A DNA stretch of 64,000 nt. Source: an uncultured Aliarcobacter sp. Its GTDB lineage: Bacteria > Campylobacterota > Campylobacteria > Campylobacterales > Arcobacteraceae. This document shows, one piece after another, positions 53,363 to 61,367 of the stretch. The DNA is taken from NCBI GenBank assembly GCA_963677435.1, contig OY781945.1:1728001-1792000 (forward strand), in the 5' to 3' direction. How positions within the stretch are numbered: position 1 is the first letter of the stretch; the number at the start of each line of letters is the position of its first letter. The position numbers were made by a program, and so were the translations under genes. The notes below the pieces were generated by a model that searched no databases, had not been told where the DNA came from, and saw nothing but the letters and a program-made list of their open reading frames with translations.

Positions 53363-54289
53363 TTGTTATATAAAGATTTTAAAGAGAGTATTAAGTCATT
53401 AGGTTTTGGAACTATTGAAGATTTTATACAATATTCAGGTGTTACATCAGATGATATTTTGAGTTGGGAAGAGAAAAATGAAGTTCCTTATTTAATTTCA
53501 CTTATTATTCATCTTTTAAAGGGTGAAAAAGAGTTATTAGTTACAAATTCAGCTCTAGATAATGTAATAGAAGAGTGTTTACCACTTGCTTCACTTCTTG
53601 AAGAAGTATCATCTTTCCCACATAAATTAGAAGAGATGTTTTTATTACAAAAGAAATTAAATGATTCTACAAATGGTAATAATTGGGAATTAGGTGTTAA
53701 CAAATTTGGAAAAGAGATAAATTGGCTTAGATGTATTCATATGGAAGTTGCTGAACTTATTGAGTCAACTCCTTGGAAACATTGGAAAAATATCAATGCT
53801 GATCCAGATATGAATAATATTCATGTTGAACTTGTTGATATTTGGCACTTTTTAATGTCTTATATTTTACAAGAAACAAATGTTCCAAAAGCAGTCTCTT
53901 TAGTAAATACACATTGTATTTATGAAGCAGCACAAGATATTGATGTAAAATTAATGGTAAATGAAGCTGAAAAATTATCTTATATTTCATTAGCAATTGA
54001 TACAGGAAATATGCCATCATTTAGTGGAATAGAAAGATTTATTGACCAATTTTTTAGATGTTGTAAAATCTCAGGTTTATCTTTTATGTGGTTACAAAAA
54101 CTTTATATTGGAAAAAACTGTTTAAATCAATTTAGACAAGACAATGGTTATAAAGAAGGTTCTTATATCAAAGTATGGAATGGACAAGAAGATAATGTTG
54201 TTATGGTTGATTTACTTGAAAAAATGGATGATGTAAGTTTTGATGACTTATATGGAAAATTAAAAGAAGCATATATTAAATGTAAATAA
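53363..54289 (+). CDS. dut: Dimeric all-alpha dUTPase with N-terminal extension
   Basis: EVAELIES.PWKHWK, VELVDIWHF, KN.LN.FRQDNGYK.G.Y.K.W.G.EDN motifs. Confidence 0.9.
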   Translation: MLYKDFKESIKSLGFGTIEDFIQYSGVTSDDILSWEEKNEVPYLISLIIHLLKGEKELLVTNSALDNVIEECLPLASLLEEVSSFPHKLEEMFLLQKKLNDSTNGNNWELGVNKFGKEINWLRCIHMEVAELIESTPWKHWKNINADPDMNNIHVELVDIWHFLMSYILQETNVPKAVSLVNTHCIYEAAQDIDVKLMVNEAEKLSYISLAIDTGNMPSFSGIERFIDQFFRCCKISGLSFMWLQKLYIGKNCLNQFRQDNGYKEGSYIKVWNGQEDNVVMVDLLEKMDDVSFDDLYGKLKEAYIKCK

Positions 54290-54312
54290 TAGGTTTAAAC
54301 CTATTATTTACA
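54281..54312. repeat. Perfect 32-bp palindrome (terminator-like), copy 1
   Basis: TGTAAATAATAGGTTT|AAACCTATTATTTACA. Confidence 0.9.
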
Positions 54313-54328
54313 CCCTTTATAAAAAATC

Positions 54329-54367
54329 ATCTTGATAAAATCTTGATTTTATTTTTATAATTTTGAT
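54329..54367 (+). promoter_or_regulatory. Tandem ATCTTGAT-like direct repeats, candidate response-regulator sites
   Basis: ATCTTGAT at 54329 and 54340, ATTTTTAT at 54351, ATTTTGAT at 54360; upstream of a TATAAT near 54390. Confidence 0.5.
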
Positions 54368-54421
54368 TTACTCTTTACAAAACTTCAAATATAATTGAAG
54401 AAATAACTCTCAGGAGAGTAA

Positions 54422-54502
54422 ATGTCCACTTTAAATATTTTTATGTCAATTGTTCTTGGAATATTGACTTTAATCTTGTTAGTTAAATTGCCAAAAGCCT
54501 AA
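54422..54502 (+). CDS. 26-aa single-TM peptide (KdpF-like in size and position; not in ORF track)
   Basis: MSTLNIFMSIVLGILTLILLVKLPKA* after a CAGGAG RBS; stop 1 nt before the kinase ATG. Confidence 0.7.
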   Translation: MSTLNIFMSIVLGILTLILLVKLPKA

Positions 54503-54503
54503 A

Positions 54504-55535
54504 ATGAAAAGTACTTTTATTAAATATAAACCCTTTAGTTACATCTTAAAAGCTTTAGGAATCTTGTTAATTATTACAATAATTAGTCATTTTTTTAGAG
54601 GTTCTTTAGATATTATAAATATCACTTTAATACATATTATTCCAGTTATTGTTGTAGCAATTCATGGAAATATGAAAGCTACAGTTTTTATTACTTTTCT
54701 TAGTGTTGTATTATTGAATTTTTTATATATTCCTCCTTTGTATAGTTTTAGTGTTCATAATGAGCTTTATCTTTATAGTTTTTCTATATTTGGAATAGTT
54801 GGCTGGATTATTACTTATCAAGCAAAAAATCTAAATACTCAAACAAAACAAAATGAATTAAGAGAGAGTCTGCTGCATATAATATCTCATGATTTAAGAA
54901 CACCTCTTTCTACAATACATGGAAGTATAAATCTGATTTTATCAAATGATAATTTAGATGAAAACAGTAAAGAAAATCTTTATGAAGATATAAATTATGC
55001 CTCACTTAGAATGAAAAGATTGATTACAAATATTTTAGATAGTACAAGATTATCAAGTGGAAATATAGATTTAAAATTAGAATGGTGTGATTTTGAAGAT
55101 ATTGTAGGTGTTGCATTAAATGAGTTTTCTCAAAAACAAAATGATGAGATACTTCAAATTAAAATTGACGAACTTAGTCTATTTTGGGGCGATAATACTT
55201 TGCTTACACAGTTAATTATTAACTTACTTGATAATGCATTTAAATACTCTAAACCAGATACAAAAATATATTTTGAAATAATAAATTTCAATAATTTTAT
55301 AAAAATCAAAATTTTTAATGAAACAGAGTTTATAGATAAAAATAAATTAAAAAATATTTTTGATAAATTTTATAGATTAGAAGATACAAATGATATTTTG
55401 GGAAGTGGAATTGGTTTATCTATTTGTAAAAGTATTGTAAAACTACATAATGGAGAGATAAAAGCAAGTCATGAGGGAAAAGGTATTTTAATAGAAATTG
55501 AATTGCCAATAATAAAGAGAGCAAAATTAATATGA
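54504..55535 (+). CDS. Minimal KdpD-like sensor kinase (TM domain + HisKA + HATPase)
   Basis: NFLYIPPLYSF (KdpD TM region), SHDLRTPL, NAFKYS and GSGIGL motifs. Confidence 0.85.
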   Translation: MKSTFIKYKPFSYILKALGILLIITIISHFFRGSLDIINITLIHIIPVIVVAIHGNMKATVFITFLSVVLLNFLYIPPLYSFSVHNELYLYSFSIFGIVGWIITYQAKNLNTQTKQNELRESLLHIISHDLRTPLSTIHGSINLILSNDNLDENSKENLYEDINYASLRMKRLITNILDSTRLSSGNIDLKLEWCDFEDIVGVALNEFSQKQNDEILQIKIDELSLFWGDNTLLTQLIINLLDNAFKYSKPDTKIYFEIINFNNFIKIKIFNETEFIDKNKLKNIFDKFYRLEDTNDILGSGIGLSICKSIVKLHNGEIKASHEGKGILIEIELPIIKRAKLI

Positions 55536-56224
55536 AAGAATATTTAATACACATTATAGAAGATGATGTATCAGTAAAAAAACTTTTAGAGATTACTTTT
55601 AAAGAGTACGATTTTAATTATATATCAAGTGAAAGTAAAAAAAATGCCTTAATGATGTTTTTAAGCCATAATCCTGATTTACTTATTGTTGATTTAGGTT
55701 TAAGTGATGGAGATGGAAAAGATTTAATTAAACAAATCAGAGAAATCTCAAAAATTCCTATTATAGTTTTAACAGCAAGACATGATGAAAAAGAGATAGT
55801 TGCAGCTTTGGATGTTGGAGCTGATGATTATATTACTAAACCATTTTCTGTAAATGAACTATTAGCAAGAATTAGAGCGAATCTAAGAAGAAATATAAAT
55901 AATGAAAAAGATATAACTAATAAATTAGTTTGTAATGAATTAGAACTTGATATTACTTCAAGAAGTATTCTCTTAAGAGGAGAGAGTTTAAAACTAACTC
56001 CAATTGAGTATGAATTGCTTAAATATTTTATGTTACATATGAATAAAACTTTAACTCACAAACAAATTTTACAAGAAGTTTGGGGAACAGCTTACCAAAA
56101 TGAGATGCAGTATTTAAGAACTTATGTAAATACTCTTAGAAAAAAAATTGAAGAGAATTCAACAAGACCAGACTATATAAAAACCCAGTCAGGTATTGGA
56201 TATAGATTTTCTTGTAATCAATAG
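55532..56224 (+). CDS. kdpE: KdpE-like response regulator
   Basis: DLGLSDGDG, GADDYITKPF, LTHKQILQEVWG and YLRTYVNTLRKKIE motifs. Confidence 0.85.
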   Translation: MKEYLIHIIEDDVSVKKLLEITFKEYDFNYISSESKKNALMMFLSHNPDLLIVDLGLSDGDGKDLIKQIREISKIPIIVLTARHDEKEIVAALDVGADDYITKPFSVNELLARIRANLRRNINNEKDITNKLVCNELELDITSRSILLRGESLKLTPIEYELLKYFMLHMNKTLTHKQILQEVWGTAYQNEMQYLRTYVNTLRKKIEENSTRPDYIKTQSGIGYRFSCNQ

Positions 56225-56233
56225 TAGGATTTT

Positions 56234-57559
56234 ATGGAACATAAGTATGTAAGGTCAATTTTTTTAGGTTATTTGATTATCATTTTTTTAGGAGCAATAA
56301 TATTATATTTACCCATATCTCATATTGGTGAATTAAAATTTATTGATGCTGTTTTTACATCTACAAGTGCCGTTTGTGTAACTGGTCTTATCGTGACAAG
56401 TACTTCTGAAAATTTTACTTTTTTAGGAGAATTAATTATTTTAATTCTTATACAAATGGGTGGAATTGGATATATGTCATTGGTAATTATATTTTTCTTA
56501 TTTATTAGAAATAATTTAAATATTGATGAAAAAAGAGCGATGAAACAATCTTTGGATTTGCCAAATCTACATGTTGGATTTTTTATAAAAAAGATTTTAC
56601 TAGTTGTATTGTTTATAGAATTACTTGGAACAATTATTTTAACTATTCAATTTCTTCATAAATTTAAATTTACAGATGCACTTTGGCATGGAGTATTTCA
56701 TAGTATTAGTGCTTTTAATAATGCTGGTTTCTCCTTATTCACAGATAGTATGATGGGATATCAAAGTGATACGATTTCTTTAGTAACTATTAGTTTTTTA
56801 TCAGTTTTTGGAGGTTTGGGTTATTTTGTATTAATTGAAATTTATGAAAATAGAAGATTTTCTAAGCAGTTTACTATTCATACAAGAATTATGATTTATG
56901 GAACAATTATTTTAATAATAGCAGGTATGGTTCTATTTTTATCTATTGAATGGGATAATCCAAAAACCTTTGGACCAATGTCTGTATATGGCAAAATATT
57001 AAACGCATTTTTCCTATCAATAAATTTTAGAACATGTGGATTTAATAGTATTGATATAGGTTCACTAAAAGATTCCTCGATTTTCTTTTCAACACTATTT
57101 ATGTTAACAGGTGCTGGACAAGGAAGTACAGCAGGTGGTATGAAAATTACTACTGTTGCTATTTTAGTTATTACAGTTATTTATATTTTAAAAGAGAGTA
57201 ATCAACAACCAAGTATTTTCAAAAGAACTATTGATCAAAAGATTATAAATAAGGCACTAGCTATTATTCTTTCATCATCTTTCTTTGTTCTTTTTACTGT
57301 TTTAATTTTGGTTGAAACACAAAATCTACCTTTTTTGAGAATACTATTTGAAGTTTGTTCTGCCTTTGGAACAGTTGGAGTATCTACAGGTAATGGAGAT
57401 ATTCTTAGTTTTTCACAACAGTTTGATTCTTTTGGGAAAAGTACCATTATTATAATGATGGTAGCAGGAAGATTAGGCGTTTTTGCTTTTGGAGTAGTTT
57501 TAATAGGAAAAGCAAAATCAAAACATTTTAAATACCCACAAGGAAAAATTATAATATGA
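56234..57559 (+). CDS. ktrB: KtrB/TrkH potassium uptake membrane subunit
   Basis: SAVCVTGL, SAFNNAGF, RTCGF and SAFGTVG pore motifs. Confidence 0.9.
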   Translation: MEHKYVRSIFLGYLIIIFLGAIILYLPISHIGELKFIDAVFTSTSAVCVTGLIVTSTSENFTFLGELIILILIQMGGIGYMSLVIIFFLFIRNNLNIDEKRAMKQSLDLPNLHVGFFIKKILLVVLFIELLGTIILTIQFLHKFKFTDALWHGVFHSISAFNNAGFSLFTDSMMGYQSDTISLVTISFLSVFGGLGYFVLIEIYENRRFSKQFTIHTRIMIYGTIILIIAGMVLFLSIEWDNPKTFGPMSVYGKILNAFFLSINFRTCGFNSIDIGSLKDSSIFFSTLFMLTGAGQGSTAGGMKITTVAILVITVIYILKESNQQPSIFKRTIDQKIINKALAIILSSSFFVLFTVLILVETQNLPFLRILFEVCSAFGTVGVSTGNGDILSFSQQFDSFGKSTIIIMMVAGRLGVFAFGVVLIGKAKSKHFKYPQGKIII

Positions 57560-58206
57560 AAACAGTCGCAGTTATTGGTTTAGGAAAATTCGGATTTTAT
57601 ATTGTAAAAAGTTTATCAAGATTAAATGTAAAAGTTATTGCCGTTGATAATGATGAAAAAAAGATACAAGAAGTTAGTGAATATATTGATGATGCTTTTA
57701 TTTTAGATAGTACAAATAAAACAGCTTTGGAAGAGGTTGGAATTTATAATTTAAATACAGTTATTGTAAGTATTGGTGAAAATATCGAAGCTAGTATTTT
57801 AACCGTTATGGCTTTAAAAGATTTAAATAATAAATATGTAATTGCAAAAGCAATAACATCTACGCATGGAGAGATTTTATCAAAAATAGGGGCTTTTAAA
57901 GTAATTTATCCAGAAAAAATTGCTGGAAGGTTATTGGTTAAAAAATTAATTGATAATATTACAGTTGAAGAAATAGATATTAGTAATACATTAAAAATGA
58001 TTAAATTAGTAGTAAATGAAAATTTTATATATAAAAAGATTTCTGAAATTGAATCAGAGTATAAATATCTAAAAATCGTCTCTTATAAAACAAATGAAAC
58101 TTGGTGTTTGGATGTTAATCCCTCATATCAAGTAAAAAAAGATGATATGTTAGTTCTTTTAGGGGAATCAAAATATATAAAAGATTTTTATGCATATGTA
58201 AAATAA
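57556..58206 (+). CDS. ktrA: KtrA/TrkA RCK regulatory subunit
   Basis: VIGLGKFG, IGENIEASIL and IYPE motifs. Confidence 0.9.
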   Translation: MKTVAVIGLGKFGFYIVKSLSRLNVKVIAVDNDEKKIQEVSEYIDDAFILDSTNKTALEEVGIYNLNTVIVSIGENIEASILTVMALKDLNNKYVIAKAITSTHGEILSKIGAFKVIYPEKIAGRLLVKKLIDNITVEEIDISNTLKMIKLVVNENFIYKKISEIESEYKYLKIVSYKTNETWCLDVNPSYQVKKDDMLVLLGESKYIKDFYAYVK

Positions 58207-58227
58207 TAGGTTTAAAACCTATTATTT
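58201..58227. repeat. Palindrome (terminator-like), copy 2
   Basis: AAATAATAGGTTT-A-AAACCTATTATTT, near-identical to 54284-54309. Confidence 0.9.
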
Positions 58228-58231
58228 AATT

Positions 58232-58732
58232 TTATCTATAATCGTTTTTATAATCTACATAGTGTTTTGCATGGGCAATTAATTTGTCCACATCTTCTTG
58301 TGTTAACTCTTTTACAACTTTTGCAGGGCTTCCCATAATCATACTTCTTGGTGGAAATACTTTTCCTGCAGTTACAAGTGAATTTGCTCCAACTATACTT
58401 CCTTCACCAATTACAGCATTATCTAAAATTGTAGCACTCATTCCAATTAGACAATTATCTTCAATAGTACAACCATGAAGCATAACTTTATGACCAACAG
58501 TTACATTATCACCGATAATCGTTTTTGTATTAGTATCTGTATGAATACATGATAAGTCTTGTATATTAGTATTTTTACCAATTCTAACTTCATTAACATC
58601 TGATCTAATTACACAACCAAACCAAACTGATGAATCTTCACCAATTTCAATATTACCTATCAAATCAGCACTTGGTGCAATCCAAGCACTTGCATGAATA
58701 TCAGGGTAAAAATTCTTAAATTTTAAAATCAT
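58232..58732 (-). CDS. Gamma carbonic anhydrase family protein
   Basis: Hexapeptide repeats; RSD, NIQD, H and GH..MLHGC motifs. Confidence 0.92.
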   Translation of the reverse strand: MILKFKNFYPDIHASAWIAPSADLIGNIEIGEDSSVWFGCVIRSDVNEVRIGKNTNIQDLSCIHTDTNTKTIIGDNVTVGHKVMLHGCTIEDNCLIGMSATILDNAVIGEGSIVGANSLVTAGKVFPPRSMIMGSPAKVVKELTQEDVDKLIAHAKHYVDYKNDYR

Positions 58733-58777
58733 AGCTTTTCTCCTTAGCTTATTTTGTTTATTATAGCAAAGGATTTT

Positions 58778-61363
58778 CTATTTTGGAACATATTCTAAAA
58801 TTACAGCTTGGGAATAATTTGGCACATCATCATAGGTAAATATTGCATAATATTTATCTATATCAGTTGCTCCAAAATCATCTAAAGTATACTCATCAAC
58901 TCCCGCATAAAGTTTTTGTCCATCTTGTGCAGATAGAGGTTTTCTAAAGGGATTTTTTATAACTTTTGCTCCTACAAAATCTGGATTTTTAGGATTTGTC
59001 CAAGAGATTTTTATTTTTCCATTTTCTAGTGATAATTTTGCATTTGTAACTTTTTCAACAGGGAATCTTCTTTTTGGAATATGTTCAAGGATAAGTTTTG
59101 GAGATAAAGATTTATTTGATACTTCCCACGAAACTGTTTTGTTTTTTATGATTTTTACAGCTGATGTGGGTTTTAAAACAAATGAAATATCAGATTTACT
59201 TTTTAGTTTTTCATTTAAAATTATTTCAGAAAATGAATCAAACATAAAATATTGAGTTTGATTGTTTTTTAACTCTGTGGCACTTACATCATAACCGATA
59301 TTTTGGATTACTTCTCTATTTGTTATATCTTCAAAATTTTTATTAATATTTTCATCAACAAATTCTAAATGAAATCTAATATCATCTTTTATATAAATTT
59401 TTGTAGAGTTTAGCTCAAAATAGGCTTTAGTAATCATGGTGTCATTGTATGGAGGAAGAGACGATAAATTAAACTGAAAAGTTGAATATATTTTATTTCC
59501 ATCTTCATCAAAACCAGCTGTAATTACATCATCTATAACCTCAGCTTTGCTAACTGTTTTAATTGATTTAGCATAAAGAGTTGTAGTTGTTGGCTCAATT
59601 GTATAAGTTAATTCTAATCTTGGTCTATAAGCCAATCCAAAACCAAATTGCCCATACCCAATATCCCATTGCATCATCTGTTTTGTTCTTCCAATTCTTA
59701 GCTCTTTAGGACCTTCAACCCTTAAAACTATAGTGTCATTCTTGATTGATTTTTTTAAATCATTACACTCCAAACCTGATAAATCCCATGTTCTCCAAAT
59801 TCCTTGTGTTAATTGGTGAGATTCTGTTGGGCGTCCTATATATCTTATGATTTGCATATTATCTACATCATCAAAGTTTGTAATATCTCCCATGGTTTCT
59901 TGATTTACAAGTCCTATGTTCCATTCCCCATATTTTTCAATAGTTGTTGAAACTCTATTTATTGGATATAAATTAATTGAAGCTAGTTTTATTAAAGCAT
60001 TCGCTGGAAGTGATTTTACATTTATTGAAATAACTGCATATGAAATTCCCTTATTATCATCAACTCCCACAAATAGTGAGTTTACTCCAAAATGACTAGG
60101 ATTATTATTTAGATTTTCAGCCACATATCCAGTCCCTTTTGCATTAGCATAGTAGGTTCTACTATATTCATCATATTCTATTAAAGTACGGATTTTAATT
60201 TGTGGATAAAATGGTGATTTTTGGTTTGTTTTTTTATTTACAGCTCGGATATTGTAGTAATAATCTTTATTTGAACTTAGATTTATATCATTAAATTCTA
60301 AGCTTTGAGTTTTAGAAATGAGATTTGAACTATTGCAAAATTGCTTATCTTTTGTACTTCTGAAAATCTCAAAATATATATTTTTGTTTAATTCATAATC
60401 CCATTTTAGATTTACATGATTTGAGCCAATTTCTGTAGCATTAAAAGAGTTAACCCTTTTCATAACATTGTCTTTATCGTAATTATCAGCTTCTTTTAAG
60501 GCATAAATAAGTGCTGGAATATGTTCTCTAATATTTTCATTCATATCTTCCATATAATCACTTATATTTCTAGTTCCAACTTCTACAACAGATGAGATAA
60601 TTTTGTTTGAATAATAAAACTCTCTACCACTTCCTGAGATTAATTTTGCTGGTGGTTTACCTTGATGTATTCCATACTCTCGACCTGATATTTTTCTAAT
60701 CTCTTCAGCCATATTTGCACATAAAGTATTCATATCAGTTGTATCAATAGTATCTTCATGTCTAAAATCGTGGGCAGGAAAAAATACATTTCCTTGGCTA
60801 TGATAATCTAAAGCTATTGTAATATTTGAATGAGATAAAACAAAATCTCTAAGAGCTTGGGTTTCAGGCTCAGAGAATGGTTCAGGCCCTCCATAAACAT
60901 TTGAAGTTGTAGCAGTTGATTTTACAAAACCTATAGGAAAGTTTCTATTTAAATCAACTCCATAAGTTCCATCGGCATTTTGTCTTCTGTTTTTTCTCCA
61001 AAAAGAGAAGTGTTTTCTTGAATATTCATATCCATCAGGATTAACACAAGGAACCATATAAACTGTACTTTCATTTAAATAAGTTTGTAAAGTAGGGTCA
61101 GTTTCAAGATTTTTTAGTACATATATTGCAAACTCAATAGCTAATTCATGACCAATCCACTCTCTTGCATGAATAGTTCCTGTATAAAATAGTGCTGGTT
61201 TTGAATCAGCTGTTTTAATATTTTTTGAAATGGTAATTAGATTTATCTCTCTATTTTCCCAAGTATTACCTATTGATTCAATTTTGAAATAATTAGGATA
61301 TTTAGCTTCCAATTCTTTAAAAATATTTGTTGATTCACTATATGATCTATATAATCTTTTCAA
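58778..61363 (-). CDS. M14 zinc carboxypeptidase with long C-terminal beta-sandwich region
   Basis: GTIHAREW, NPDG, RKNR, GVDLNRNF, SEPET, DYHS and VEVG motifs; FN3-like segments; no signal peptide. Confidence 0.9.
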   Translation of the reverse strand: MKRLYRSYSESTNIFKELEAKYPNYFKIESIGNTWENREINLITISKNIKTADSKPALFYTGTIHAREWIGHELAIEFAIYVLKNLETDPTLQTYLNESTVYMVPCVNPDGYEYSRKHFSFWRKNRRQNADGTYGVDLNRNFPIGFVKSTATTSNVYGGPEPFSEPETQALRDFVLSHSNITIALDYHSQGNVFFPAHDFRHEDTIDTTDMNTLCANMAEEIRKISGREYGIHQGKPPAKLISGSGREFYYSNKIISSVVEVGTRNISDYMEDMNENIREHIPALIYALKEADNYDKDNVMKRVNSFNATEIGSNHVNLKWDYELNKNIYFEIFRSTKDKQFCNSSNLISKTQSLEFNDINLSSNKDYYYNIRAVNKKTNQKSPFYPQIKIRTLIEYDEYSRTYYANAKGTGYVAENLNNNPSHFGVNSLFVGVDDNKGISYAVISINVKSLPANALIKLASINLYPINRVSTTIEKYGEWNIGLVNQETMGDITNFDDVDNMQIIRYIGRPTESHQLTQGIWRTWDLSGLECNDLKKSIKNDTIVLRVEGPKELRIGRTKQMMQWDIGYGQFGFGLAYRPRLELTYTIEPTTTTLYAKSIKTVSKAEVIDDVITAGFDEDGNKIYSTFQFNLSSLPPYNDTMITKAYFELNSTKIYIKDDIRFHLEFVDENINKNFEDITNREVIQNIGYDVSATELKNNQTQYFMFDSFSEIILNEKLKSKSDISFVLKPTSAVKIIKNKTVSWEVSNKSLSPKLILEHIPKRRFPVEKVTNAKLSLENGKIKISWTNPKNPDFVGAKVIKNPFRKPLSAQDGQKLYAGVDEYTLDDFGATDIDKYYAIFTYDDVPNYSQAVILEYVPK

Positions 61364-61367
61364 GAAC

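Noticed and set aside
54281..58228. Transposon or IS call for the palindrome-flanked cassette
   Set aside because: No transposase or integrase is encoded; only the repeats are supported.
58232..58732. Gamma carbonic anhydrase as a member of the ATP-grasp/peptidase operon
   Set aside because: It has its own TGCTATAAT extended -10 on the minus strand (about 58760-58768) and is a common housekeeping gene.
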